From Octopus sinensis (Eukaryota), in assembly GCF_006345805.1 (NCBI RefSeq), contig NC_043003.1, positions 80,104,001 through 80,168,000 of the forward strand: 64,000 nt of DNA, in the 5' to 3' direction. Position numbers and translations under genes: made by a program. Of the stretch, positions 24,291-38,164 are shown one piece after another. The notes under the pieces are model-generated. The model saw only the letters and a program-made list of their open reading frames with translations, was not told the DNA's origin and did no database searches. Positions within the stretch are counted from its first letter, which is position 1. Each line of letters begins with the position of its first letter.

Positions 24291-25539
24291 AAATATTTGC
24301 TCAAAATGTATTTCGTTCGCTTTCCAAATATATTCGTTACAGCATTTTTTTTGCTTATTTACTTCTTGCATATCTCTGTAGAAGATAATATATTTTTGTA
24401 GCAGAAACAGTCGATGACATTTTTCCAAAGTTCTTGACCGGTATCGATTCACAAAATGAATAACAAAGTGGAACTTGGCAAAATTAGAACATTAAATGCA
24501 TGTAATGATTGTAACGCATTTTGGGAGACAGTCCCGATGTTGCCATCCACCCTTTTAAATCCGCGTGGAGCAGTATAGTCGATTAAATCGATTCTGACAA
24601 TTCACTACTAATATAATAAAGATTTCTAATAGAAAAATATTCAGAATGTTTTTGATGGAAGATCGAATTTATCTTATTGACGCCGTGTGTACACTTCCAG
24701 AGCGTATAGCAGCGGCAATAATAAGTTGTATAAGATCCACTGAATGCAACAGCAAATTTAGAAATTTGATGGAAAAACCAAAACAAAAGACTTAAGAGAG
24801 CCAAAACTGCCGCAGTAATTGCCTCGTTGGCAACAGAAACAACATCCGCATCAACAGAAATAACCACAGCAACAGCATTTTAAATTAGTTGCAACATCAT
24901 TAATTGCAGCTATAGCAATGGCTGCTAAAACAATGAAGTTTTATAATGAAGAGGGTGAAAGGAAAACAAAATCAATAACAAAACAATTAATGATTGAAAA
25001 GAGGAAATTTTGCCCTAAAAATTGGCGTCTAGACATTTTCAGCCTTGTCCAGATACTCACAAAATTGAGAAAAGGCACGATAGGCATTTGTTAAATATTT
25101 AAAAGCAAAGCGGAAGAGTATCATTCATCCCCTTTTTCAGTGTTTCCATAACTAACAGGATGAAAGGAAGATCTTATCCGGCCTTGCTCGAATGCTTGTA
25201 ATAGAGTATAATCCATTAAAAGGGAAACGAATTCCAGGTAGTGGTGATAAAACGGGCGACGGATTTAGTCTACCATGTGAGTTTATGATAAACATTAAAA
25301 TCACAAGATATGATTCAAAAGGATCAAATTAAAGATCCGGCTCTGGTTATTTGAAAACTGAATATGTTTCTGTCATATAAAACTTACTTACACTCATCAT
25401 ACTCTAGCTGGTTAACGATTATATAAAATGTTAAGTCTTTTAAAAATTGGTTTGACATGGAAGAACGAAAAAACATTAATCGTATCCAAAGGGGACTTGA
25501 GTTGACGCTCTTTACGTTCTGCTTATACTATTTGCTAAG

Positions 25540-26050
25540 CACCAACTGTAAGGAAAACATATACACAAGGATTATTTGTAAGAGCTTACATCATTAAACG
25601 GCAGAACTAGGGGTAATGGATAGTGCAAATCTTGACGACGAGAGGAAGAGTGTTGCGTGAGTTGGGAGTGTTTGTATCGAGGGATCACGTAACCAAACAG
25701 GTAACAAGAGAGATCCCTGTATTGAGGAAGAAAGAAATAGAAAGAAAGAAAAGAAAGGATAGGTGGTTCACATGTTGTGTGTTTAGGAGTATGAAGTATT
25801 CAATATCGTGTGAAGAGTTGGAGATGTTAGAAATAGTGTAAAAGCAAATATATGTAATTTAAGGGGGCGGTGGGACTATTGTGAGAAGTGATGAGTTTAG
25901 AGAAAAGCACAATAAGTCAGGCGGAAAGCAGCTACCAATAAAAGCATCCACTAAATATGTTGGGAGTTACAAAAGAAAGGGAGAATTTATGTAATGGATA
26001 GCTGTCCTAAAGATTATAAAATGGTCAACAAAGGAAATAAATATTCAGAT
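25540..26050 (-). pseudogene. Possible CR1/L2-type LINE 3' relic
   Basis: Only weak resemblance to a LINE RT C-terminus; composition shift relative to flanks. Confidence 0.25.
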
Positions 26051-27949
26051 CTTATTTATGTGGGAGACAAAAACTAAAAAAATATATAACCAGAAGAAAG
26101 AAACTACTTCTTAATTTGCATTTCATTGTTCTGATGGTCGAAAAAATAAATACCAGCCATGTGTTTTGGCCGTTCCCCTGTCACGCAAAGTCAGAGTTTG
26201 TGTCTGTTAAAAAAACTTATTGAAGGACAGGGGATAGATAAAATCGTTAGGACGTCGGAAAAGGTTTTTTGGTGTATGATTCTGCTCCTCAAGTTATGAA
26301 GTTAAATACCGTTATAGTCAGTGGTATTTCCCTATCGTGGAGTCGATACAATAAAGTATCAGTCTGACGTTGAGGTCGATTTAATGGAGTTACGTCTTCT
26401 TTAGAAACCGCCAGTTGAGTGTGTTTATATTAGAAAAATATAATATAATTCTGTATCTATGTTGTTTCTAGTTGTTAGCTACAGATCAACTCTGTTCGAG
26501 AAGATATAATAAAATATGTTGCAGCAGTAACAACTCCGTCTTACGTTCAGCTACAGTACATTTATATATGACTACATTAACAGATATGTCGTGCTATGTA
26601 GACCCGTGTGGTTGGAAGGATATTTACCTCCTATTTCTAGAAAGTTAAGAGAGTTTAGGACACCCTCATTTACAAAATTGATCAATAGTTAACGTGAATT
26701 CCACACTATGATAAAAGAGGTTGGATTAATATAATATTAGACAACAGTATCTTCTAAAACATATTATCAACTGTGCTGTCCTGATTTCTGAGTCACTTTT
26801 ACTGCTTTCGATTGTCATGAAGAATGAAATAGGTATTATTAGTATATCTGGTAAGTTTCATCAGGATCCAAATTCGTAGGCGTTGTTATAGCAAAGTTAA
26901 AGCGAAATATACGAAAATGCACAAATATATCTGAATTCAATTTTCATTTGGAAAGAAATCTATGATAATGATAACAGAAAGCTCTGAGAAAAGAAATCGA
27001 AATTTGAAATTGGCAAAATAATGTAATTGAGTATATAAGATCCATAATAACCGAGTGACAACGCGAAGATATTAGTAAATAAAAGAACAAAGATACTTTA
27101 CAAAATATTTTTGATTTTGTTGTGCTAAGAAGGAAAAAAATCAGTTTTTGATACAACATTAAGATCCTCTGTGTTTATACTACTAAATCTATAGATAAAA
27201 AATATTTTTCAAGTTATCCCTATAAAATGTATGATTTAAAGAACTGCGAACACTTAAAAATGTTTTATTTTCGAGTGTTTTTTTTACTGTAAAATTCTTC
27301 TGAATTTATGTCGGCGTCTTGGAAATTTTTTATTAAAAATATAACAAAGCTGCATCAAACATCTAACAATATATAAGCTAACATGAAGAAAAACGAAGAT
27401 AATGAGAAATGCTGTAAATGCTACATAAGCAATAACGGTAAAACAACAATTGTGAATATTTGTCTGTATAGTACAAAGACATTTCAGATAATAAGAAAGC
27501 AATATAGATTTTTGACTTGGCACCAAAGCAAGTTTTCTAGGGAATGAGATAGAATTGATTGAATTTAATACAGTATCTTAATGGGACTCATTTTATCGAC
27601 TCGACTCTTGAAATTAAAAAAAATATACCACAAAAGCTCTAGACAGGTCCGGTGAAATGCGAGCGCAGAATGGGGGAAAAAACGTCAAAAATAAATACGG
27701 TAAAATAATTAGTCGGTCGCTCTAATGTTACTGCCAAGTCACCGGTGTAAGACAAGCATGATTTATTTATTTTTATCATTATTCAACGACAGTTTTCTTA
27801 AAGAGGAATGAACACAATTTGAGCAACCTTAGTAAGTTACAGATATTTTTGCTCTCCATTTGTTTTCTACTTTGAACCTCTTCCTCCCATACATCCGAAC
27901 AATGTAAGATGTATCAATGCGGGCAACCAGTGTTACACTGTTCTAATAT

Positions 27950-28560
27950 AGACTGTTCCGGTCTATATTTGAACTTGTAAGCGATGAAACAACGGAAATG
28001 GTAATATCACATTTTCGCAGACATTGAGATATCCCGACTGACGCAACAAAATGTCGACTATCTGATTATGGTTTGAAGAAGTTTGAATCCTCACTTGCAC
28101 TGAAATTGGATTATAGTATGAGAGGGTATTACTTGATGACTAATCTCACTCTCTTGACCGTGGCTGTCCTCGTCCAGTGGCGAAATGACCAGGGCGAATT
28201 GGTGTATATTAGTACTGTATTCGGATGAACAATAATCTGTAAGTCTTACTGGACTCTAAAGGGTTAATTCAGCAGCGACGTTAATGGTTATCGTTCATTG
28301 AAACCTGACAATACACAGATGGTACTCCCTCGTCTAATCCACCGAAAATCCAGTTTTTGCATACGTCTTAGTCATGCACGTATACACAATTTTGGATAAC
28401 TGTTGACTCTCCTGAGATTATCTGCCCGTTAACAGATGTTGCTTTTTATCCAAAGTGATGTTCACCTATAAAGCTTGGTGGAATTTCTGGGTTACTCGGT
28501 GACCCGACTATGCAACAGAGTGTGTTGAGTTTCATGTTACCAGTAGCACCTACGAGCGAC
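27950..28560 (+). pseudogene. Possible Tc1-family transposase relic
   Basis: ANWCILVLYSDEQ resembles W..VLFSDES; P.*CSPIK resembles PDLSPIE; no TIRs confirmed. Confidence 0.3.
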
Positions 28561-29255
28561 ATTGTGATATCTTATCGATAGTATTTTTTTCAGTGGCCAA
28601 TATATAGCTGGGACAATACTAGTTGCTGTATAGCTGGACGTTTCTAACTGTTATAAATCATTAGGACCAATTCTCTAAGGTATTAACCAAAGTGTTGATC
28701 AACGTGCTAATAAAGTGTTCTTTATGTTGAAGCTCAAGTGACAAGCAATAGTGACCAAACACCCAGGATATAACACTTTAACTTTATATAGGAAGGGGAT
28801 ATTGAAAAGATATAGTTCTAGGTGACTATATCAAAAGAAATCAATACAAAACAAAAGCGTGTAATGGGTTTAGTTACAGGATTATGACTGACTTTGAGCA
28901 CCAACAACACAATCAAAAAGCAACTAAAATATAATTACAGTATTAACCGTCCAATGTAATATAAATATGAAATAACAATTTGATTGACAACACTTGTGAA
29001 CACTAACAACAAAACCCAGCTTAAATCTGATGTTTCTCTTTGTTAAATATATATACTCTCAGCATATATTCATCTTCATTAGGGAAATGGTATTCGGTTT
29101 ATGAATCAGCATAAGACCTAAGAATTACGAGTGAAGACTCAGCTTAGAAAAAACAAATTTATGGCCTTTATTTCATATTTGTCAATTACAGCAGGCAAAA
29201 TTGCTAAAAATATATAATAACCCTGCTTGTCGCTTGTCATGATTTTTAATTACCC

Positions 29256-29650
29256 GCAGGCGTGGGTATGTAGTAAGGAGTTTGCTTTCCAACCACGTGA
29301 TTCTGGGTTCAGTTCCACAGCTTGGAAACTTAGGCAAATAAATTTTACTATAGCCTTGGGTCGAGCAAACCTCTGTGAATGAATTTAGTAGAGAAAAACT
29401 GAATGAAGCCAGTCGTATACACGTGTCTGTGCCTCTGTCTTTGTGTCTGATGATGTCCCCATTGCCATCACTTGACAACTGGCATTGTGGTGTTTACGCC
29501 TTGGTAGTCTAGCGTTTCGGCAAATGAGTTTGATTGAGTACTACCTGGCCTACAAAAGAAGTACTGGGGTCAATTCATTCATTCGACTAAAAGTTCCTTA
29601 AGGTGGTGCCCCAGAATGGCCTCAGTCTAAGGATTGAAAAAAGTAAAAGA
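29256..29650 (+). mobile_element. Diverged S2-type SINE
   Basis: Same head (TTCTGGGTTCAGTTCCAC) and tail (GGTGGTGCCCCAG..TGAAAAAAGTAAAAGA) as the other S2 copies. Confidence 0.7.
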
Positions 29651-30189
29651 TATGACAAAACCTCAAAGATTCCAATCATCGTTGATGTAGCAGATACTTC
29701 ACTAATTCAGTTTGGCTCAGATATTCATTCGTAGGTATCATTCTGAAATAACATTTAGTAACAATTATTAAATGTAAGGCCAGAATGACATGTCATCCGA
29801 GTCATTTTGAAAAATCCTACCCATCTTATTCCACTGGCAAGGAATCGTCGGTGGTTTTCCTTTGTCAAAAGAAATAATCTAATGAGGAAATTTAAAAAGC
29901 TTAAGATTGTGTTTTCCGTTCATCTCAAATATTAATTTTACCCAGCGGCAGCCACTTCACTGTAAATCATGGAGTCGGCTTTCGTATAATTAAGTTACAA
30001 TTTCCCTTCTCTCAGGATACGAGATATTTATATTGCGTGAAATATATTTCTGTTATTTTAAAGACACAAATTATTGTTGTAATAGTAGTAGTGGGTACAA
30101 AGTGGTAATCATTATTAAACAACAACAACAACAGCAGCAACAGCAACAACAACAATAATAATAATGATAATAATAATAAGCTTTCTATA

Positions 30190-31925
30190 CAGTTCAACTA
30201 TATAATGAGCATTCTATACTAAACCCAAACAATGGCCTCATTGCAGAAACATACACTCCATGGAGAAACTTAGTAGGCAACGAAGTACCCAGAGATATGG
30301 ATGCAAATAAATTAAGAATTGTGCGTAGATACATCATTAAGAATAAAAGGTTTAACTGACGCTGAAATTAGCCCGAAAATAGCAACAAGGTGCACAGAAC
30401 ACACCCTACATTCCAACGAGGAAGCTGAAAAAAGAATATCGAAGAACAGATATGTGAAAAAAGAGGCGAAAGCAGATCTGCCTCAAGAACTCCACAATAG
30501 ATATGACACAGAATTTGGGGTGAATAATAAAGTGAAGATCATAGAAGCAAAAGAATTCAGCAAAACTGAGTTTACTGACATGATCAATGGAGTACCGCTA
30601 CCAAAGCTCTCAAACAACATAACAAAATAACACAATTATGATCTATAATTTTGCTCAAAGACAGATCTTAAATAATAAAGGAAATGATCTAGCAACCTTT
30701 AATAACCTTACTCTTCCACTCCTAAAGTTGTAACTGCACAACAAGGTATCAGGACTGAAAAGAACCAACCATGTCAACAGACATCCTAAATAGAAAGTAG
30801 CAATACAAAAAGATATCGAATCTCTGCGGGTGGATGTATCAGTTCTCAATGGACTTGCAAGAGGAGTAAATGTTAAGACGAAAAGAGCTAGAAAAATTAA
30901 AGATTTTATAAACCTCCCTGCAACCCCCCACCATAAAAAAATAGAATAAACAAGGCCCTTCAGGTATACAAAATATCTTGTCATCTCCAAATTGTTTCAA
31001 GGTAGCATTGCCAAGTGGAATACACGTCTCTTTGTACACCACAGTAATAGGATGAGTCAATCTACCAACATCAACATCAAACGAGGCATCTTCCAATGTG
31101 ACTCCCTCTCCCGATTACTCTTTGCATGGCACTGTAAGTAGAGACAAAGTTTCATTTTAGCGGCACAAGACCAAAGCTTGCTTACCTAAAACTACCAGGC
31201 TATCGTCCTTCAAAATAGTCCTGACCCCAAATGTAGATTCTGCAATACGTTGGACGAAACAAAAGACCACTTCATCTCGGGATGTCTTGTGCTGACACCA
31301 AACAAATACAAAAATCGCCACGATAGGATAGGATAGTATTTACATTGGAAAACATGCAAACACTACAAAATCAACATTCCTTCTTACTGCTCTGAACATC
31401 ATCCTGAGCCAGTAGTTGAAGGTAGAAATATCACTATCGTCTGGGATTTTCCAGTCAAAATCGAGAGAAAAATCCAGGCTAATCGACCAGACATAGTCAT
31501 TAAAGACAAAAAGAAAACGCTTGTTGACTAATACGCTTGTTCCCATTGATAAGAATATATCTGTAAAGGAATTTGACTAATTAATTATATAAGGACCTGA
31601 AATGGAAGTAAACAGATGTAGCGAGAACTGTTCCTGTTATTGTGGGTATCTTTGGCATATTAAGGAAGGGATAGTAAAATCATCTAGATAATTTCCAGGA
31701 GAATCATGTCTCACAGAAATCCAAAAGAGTGTGCTAACAAGTACTGCCAACATCCTTAGAAAACCCTATTGATTTAAATGTCCATGTTGAATTATATGAA
31801 AGTATTTCGCTACTGTCCCTGTGCCTTGCCTTCCCCAAGTCATACTGTAACATCTCTTATCCTTCACTCGCCCTAGTATGCTTGATTTGTCTTGGCAATT
31901 GATTGTAACAAACATGTAGATTAAA
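30190..31925 (+). mobile_element. R4/Dong LINE, family C, internally deleted
   Basis: SKRGIFQCDSLS joined directly to AAQDQSLLT..KCRFCNTLDETKDHFISGC..RHDRIG..WDFPVKIERKIQANRPDIVIKD; 3' UTR then TAA repeats. Confidence 0.85.
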
Positions 31926-31930
31926 AGTAG

Positions 31931-32274
31931 ATAATAACAAGAGCACTCAGAGAGCGCAAACCTCCAGCAAGGCAACATCAACGCCCTCTCAACGATTAGC
32001 AAGTGATGATTTTTAAAATGGGAATAACTAAAATAATGTCGACTGCTCTCACAAATGAGAACACTAAAAATGAACTCGGCCGCTCTCAAAAATTAAGTAA
32101 AAAAAACAGAAAATAATCCAGGATCCTTGTCCAGTACCTGATCCCAATGGTAATCATGGAATGTGAAGGTGGCTGTAGAAAATTTATTGACAGTAATAAA
32201 TAGTATATCCTTTATCTAATACGAGCCAAAGTTAACAAATTCATCATGCAAAATAGTTTGAAAGGCGGAGGTAA
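31931..32274 (+). mobile_element. HINE/DINE-like non-autonomous rolling-circle-type element
   Basis: Starts ACAAGAGCACTCAGAGAGCGCAAACCTCC; ends GGCGGAGGTAA, complementary to the 5' ACCTCC sub-terminal motif. Confidence 0.5.
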
Positions 32275-32659
32275 TAATAATAAGTTCCAGTCAGGAATTT
32301 TAAACGAATAGCATGAGACTGTTTTGTGTCCGCTTCTCTTAAATTCCGCTCTTCCTTTAATATTCCTGTTGTTTTAGAGCGATGCAAAGATATATGTATA
32401 TATATAAGTATATTGTAAAGTGTTAATATGTATGCATAATATATAACATATATTATAAAAATATATTAGTGTTTTTTTTTTTTTCTGAACGGTTTTGCTG
32501 CTGTTAGTTTACGTAGTTTCTCTATGCATCAGTTCTTCCTCAGATAAGGACGCGAGAAAATTGATAATAGAGAAACGAAAATAAAACTTTGGAAACGACC
32601 TAAAGGGAAATGATTTCGAAAGACTTGAAAGTCAATGTAAGATTGTAATCATGTAAAGT

Positions 32660-32860
32660 AAAGTAAATATAACAAATAATCCAGAACCCTTGTCCGGTAT
32701 TAGATCGATAACAAAATCTAATCCTTTCGTGCCAGTCACGGGAGCAAACATCCCTGAAAGTTTCATTTGGATCTATCCAGCGCTTCTTGAGATATCTTGT
32801 CCAAGGACAAACAAACAGACGCAACTGAAACAATACCTCCGCCTTCGCTAAGGCGGATGT
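32660..32860 (+). mobile_element. 3' part of the same HINE-like family with a terminal hairpin
   Basis: Shares AATAATCCAG.A.CCTTGTCC.GTA with 32115; ends CCTCCGCCTTCGCTAAGGCGGA (hairpin) after ACAAAC repeats. Confidence 0.55.
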
Positions 32861-32925
32861 AGTAGTAGCAGTAGTAGTAGTAGTAGTAATAATTAATAAT
32901 AATGATAATAATAATAATAATAATA

Positions 32926-32966
<41 letters not shown>

Positions 32967-32982
32967 TTAATAATAATACTAT

Positions 32983-33077
<95 letters not shown>

Positions 33078-33078
<1 letters not shown>

Positions 33079-36000
33079 GAGAACACCGGGGACGTTTAAG
33101 ATGTGAGAACGATAAAACTGCTCCGAAATCTATCCACAAACATCGAAAACAAAGACATCGTATGGAGCCAAAAATTAACCGACAAAGGATTGAACTATAT
33201 CCGAGTAAGTAATACTCATTGAAATTTATTACTATTTTCGAAACGAAATGATGTATTTTAACTCGATATCATCTCCACCTCTAACACAACACATGTAAAC
33301 ATGCTTGATACATTACGATCCATCAACACCAGATCAACTCCGACCCCAAACACCATGTACAAAAAAGCTACAAAGAAATTAAATAACACCGATATTATTC
33401 AACCCAAGAATAACCATCGGGAAGTACGTACTTTAAACTTACAACATAAAATGTACGAAAAACTACACGTGCAAAACAATGTGACAACAGAAATGAACGG
33501 TCCGGTACCCTACGAAAATGACGACCGTCAAAATAATGGTCCGGACGTTGTTCCTCATGTCCCGCAAATAAAACTCAAAAGACATAAATGGACACGTGAG
33601 GAATACATTTCTATACTACACGCTTACTTTACAGCAGTGCTCTACCCAAAGAATGAAAATACAACAACACATACATATAAAGTATGGAAGGAAAATAACA
33701 TAAATATAGACTTGGATACAGCAATGAACCCTAATAAACTAGCTAACGTACGAAGATATATTCTCAACGCAAGAAAATATCAGAAATAGAACTAGAACAT
33801 TTAAAAGAAGAAATACATCAGGAAAATGTAGATAGAAGCCACACAACAATTCCCAATAATATGAACACTGAAACAGTAAAACACGAAGACAAACGTAACA
33901 TTTCCAACAAAAACGATGTAAACAAAAAACTACAAACCCAGACCGTAAGGATGCATAATAATACACGACAAACAGCAAGTCAAAACACGACAAACAAACA
34001 TACAAATGAGAAAGAAAGCGACACAAATCTAAAAGCTGGAAACAACTAAGGGGAGCCTAATGATTATGAAACTATAAAAAGTAGAATAATCAAAGAACTG
34101 AAAACCACAGAGCTCAAAATGGACCACCGACCATACCTCCAAAAAATCAAAATAGACAAAACAACAACACCAATTATAAACAGCATAAACCTAGCCGTCA
34201 CGGAACTAATAGCCACTGAAACAAAACGCGATATCACTGAGCTAAATGACTTAGTATACGCAGCAGCCACTGCAGCCACGAAAGAAGCTGGAAACTCACT
34301 GAAACCCATCCGAACAGGAGTACCACAACCCAAACAAACCCTGTGGATAAATAACATCCAAACAAAATACAAAAAATGAGAAAAGATCTGTCGATTCTTA
34401 ATGAAATCAGTAGACAATCAACGCTACTGAGCAACAAAAAGAAAAAAAAATACTCCGCAAATACAACATCACAGAAAAAGATTTACCTGAGATAAAAGAA
34501 AAGTTAAAGCAAGATATCCTCGCCAAAGCAAAAAGAATCCGCCGGTACGAGAAACGCCAACGTTTCTTTGAAAAAAACAAAAAGTTCAACTCCAACCTCA
34601 AAAAGTTCTACTCAAAAATAAAATAGAAATCACTGCAGCACCAACGGCAGAAGAAGTAGAAGAATTCTGGAGAGAAATATGGTCGGCGAACGAACAACCC
34701 CCAAAAAGGAGTATTAAAACAACAAACTCGGCATCTGAGCAACTTTGGACCCCCATGACAACTGAAGAGGTCACCCAGGCACTGCAAAGACTAAGCAACT
34801 GGAAGGCACCTGGGCATGAAAAGATCCCCAACTTCTGGTTGAAATAGCTAACAGGAACTCACAAAAAGCTGGCTGAAAATTTTAGCAGCATACTAGCAGA
34901 GCCAGAGACAATGCCTGAATGGCTCACGAAGAGGAAAACCATCTTAATTCACAAATCAAATGAGACAGCAAAACCAGAAAACTACAGACCAATAACCTGT
35001 ATCCCTACAATGTACAAGGCATTTACTGCAGTAATATCGCAAAGATTGAACAAGCACCTGGACTAAAACAGCCTGTTTCCAGAAGAGCAGAAAGGATGCC
35101 GCAAAGGCTCATATGGCTGTAAAGACCAACTAATGATCAATAAAGCCATAACTGAAGACAGCCACAGAAAGAAGAAAGGCCTCAGTATGGCCTGGATCAA
35201 CTACAAAAAGGCGTTTGATAGCATCCCCCACACATGGATCCTCGAAACACTAGCCATTAACAAAGTAGCACTAACAATTATAAAATGCATAGGACACTCT
35301 ATGAATAAATGCCAAACAGTGCTACAGCTCTAAACAAAAGAAGGACTATTAAAGACAGTTCATGGATTTACCAAAGAAATAGATATGAAATTTGGATTAG
35401 AAAAATGCGCCAAAGTAACTCTGAAAAGAGGAAAACTAGTTAAGAGTAGCAACATCACACTAGATAAAACCAATGAAATAAAGGAATTAGACCAAAGCCA
35501 AACTTACAAATACTTAGGAATCCATGAACTAGATAAGACACAACATACACAAATGAAAGAGAAAATAAAAAATGAATATTATAGACGAGTTAGATCAATG
35601 CTAAAAGCAGATCTCAATGCTAAAACAAGATAATATGTATTAACACTTTAGCTGTCCCAGTTATAAGTTACAGCTACAATATCCTTAACTGGACACTAAA
35701 TGAACTGACCAAAAGAGATAGGAAAACAAGAAAAATAATGACAGGAACTAAGATGCATCACCCAAAATCTGACATAGAAAGACTATATACACAACGTATA
35801 GAAGGTGGTAGAAGCCTTATACAGCTGCAAATCTACTATAGGACTGCAAAAATATAGCCACCATAGGACTGCAAAAATATCTACTTCAGAAGGAAGGAAA
35901 ACTGATACAAATAGCGGCAAAACACGAGCAAAACAAAAAACTGTTCACAGTATTTAAGGAAGCTGACAAATACAAACAAATCAGACCACCGAACAAATAT

Positions 36001-36873
36001 GAAGAAGATGAAGAAACAACATAAGCTATAAAACAAATGAAATCCAACCTAAAACTAGAAAGCAAAGAACCATGATAAAACGATGGCAAGAAAAGCCCCT
36101 TCATGGTAAATACTGGACTAATCTAAATGCAAAAGAAATAGACAAAAAAAATCCTAGCAATGGTTGAGAAGCTCAGGACTCAAAGCAGAGACAGGGGGTT
36201 TTTAATTGCAGCACAAGACCAAAGCCTCCCCACTAGAAATTACCAAAACATGTAATGAAAAGAAATATAACAAGTAACTGCAGGATATGTGGAGATGGAC
36301 AAGAAACAATAAATCATATTATCTCTGGCTGCCCAGTCCTGGCTAAGAAGGAATATATTCACAGATGGTGTAGGCACACACCAGAAAAGGTCACAGAAAA
36401 CGAGAAAGCAACCATACTCTGGGATATGCCGATACACACAGATAGAGAAATTAAGGCCAACAGACCAGATATAGTTGTCAGAGATCATGAAGTAAAAAAA
36501 ATGCTTTCTAATTGATGTATCAATACCGGCAGATGACAACGTGTCTCTAAAAGAAATGGAGAAACTTTCAATATACAAAGACCTGGAAATAGAGCTAAGC
36601 AGAATGTGGAACCTAAAAACAGAAACAATTCCTATCATAGTAGGTGCATTAGGCATGATAAAAAATATTCAGACAAATACATAACAAAAGCACCAGGACT
36701 TACAAACACATATAACATACAGAAAATTACACTACTAGGCACTGCACACATCCTACGCAGAACACTTTCCATACAATAACTATCAGAGCATCACAACAAA
36801 TCACAGCACATACCCAAGGCACATAGAGCTGCGCTCGATAGTGAAGTGAAAGCACGCTATTAAAATAAAACTA

Positions 36874-36878
<5 letters not shown>
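33078..36878 (+). mobile_element. Near-full-length R4/Dong LINE (family A): 5' UTR, N-terminal domain, RT with internal deletion, CCHC, RLE, 3' UTR
   Basis: KRHKWTREEY..NKLANVRRYI; NYRPITC; EEQKGC..KDQLMINKAI; WINYKKAFDSIPHTWI; FGLEKCAK; YKYLGI; CRICGDGQETINHIISGC; LWDMPIHTDREIKANRPDIV; (TAA)n on both sides. Confidence 0.92.
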
Positions 36879-36944
<66 letters not shown>

Positions 36945-36994
36945 TAATAATAATAATGATAATAATAATAATCATTATAATAATAATAATAATC

Positions 36995-37240
36995 TTTTTA
37001 ATGGAGGCGCAGGGCCTCAAATTTCGGGAAAGGGAACTAATCGTTTACATCTACCTCAGTATTTCACTGGTACTTAATTTATCGACCACTAAATGATAAA
37101 AATCAAAGTCGACCTCGGCGGAATTTGAACCCAGAACGTATTGACGGGCCAAATACAGCAAAGCATTTCGTCTAGTCTGCTAAACATTGTGATGAGTATT
37201 TCGTCCAGCGCACTAAATATTCTGCTAGCTCGCCACCTTG
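36995..37240 (-). mobile_element. S1-type SINE inside a (TAA)n tract
   Basis: Reverse complement of AAGGTGGCGAGCTAGCAGAA...GGGTTCAAATTCCGCCGAGGTCGAC. Confidence 0.75.
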
Positions 37241-37275
37241 GTAATAATAAGGATAATAATAATAATATAATAATA

Positions 37276-37307
<32 letters not shown>

Positions 37308-37347
37308 TAATAATAATATAATAATAATTATAATAATAATAGTAACA

Positions 37348-37392
<45 letters not shown>

Positions 37393-37406
37393 TAATAATA
37401 ATAATA

Positions 37407-37445
<39 letters not shown>

Positions 37446-37447
<2 letters not shown>

Positions 37448-38160
37448 CAGTCTTCTAGCGCCTACAGAGTACCTCAGTAGGCATGATAGAGCTGCACAAT
37501 ATATTCACTGGGTAATTTGCAAAAACCTGGATTTGCCCCATGAAAAAAACTGGTGGGAACACAATCCACCTCCTGTGCTTGAAAATGACCACATCTCACT
37601 CCTCTGGAACTTCACCATTCAAACTGACAGAAAGATAGATGCAAACAGGCCAGACATCATATTGAAAGATATCAGACAAAGAACATGCCTCCTCATTGAT
37701 TTGACTGTCCCAATCGATATAAACGTATCTGTCAAGTCCTACCAAAAACTGAGCAAATATAAAGATCTTGAAATAGAAATCAGCAAAATGTGGAAGCTGA
37801 AGACTAAAACAGTACCTGTTGCCATAGGTGCCCTGGGAATGATAGCGAAAGGGACTGATTGCTACCTAACGCAGATACCAGGAAACCCCAAAACGGCAGA
37901 AATTCAAAAGATAGTGCTCATGGGAACTCCTACGCAAAATACTCTCTATGTAATCCCAAGGGTTAAAACAAACTTTTTTTTTATTTATTTATTTATTATT
38001 TTTTTATGAATTAGACATTCAGTAGTACAACACAAAAAAAACAAAAACAAAAAAACCCCAAATATATGGCACAGAACTTCCAACCTGTTGTCTCTTGAGG
38101 TCTCTGGGTGAGACTTGGAGCCAACTTGTACAGACATAAAGCAAAAGTCAAACATAGAAT
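37446..38160 (+). mobile_element. R4/Dong LINE 3' fragment, family B copy 1 (RLE domain plus 3' UTR)
   Basis: RHDRAAQYIHW..LWNFTIQTDRKIDANRPDII..LID.TVP..KLSKYKDLEIEI..W..PVAIGALG. Confidence 0.9.
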
Positions 38161-38164
38161 AATA

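Noticed and set aside
33060-33300. HDV-like ribozyme at the Dong 5' end
   Set aside because: I could not build a nested double pseudoknot by eye; it needs a motif search.
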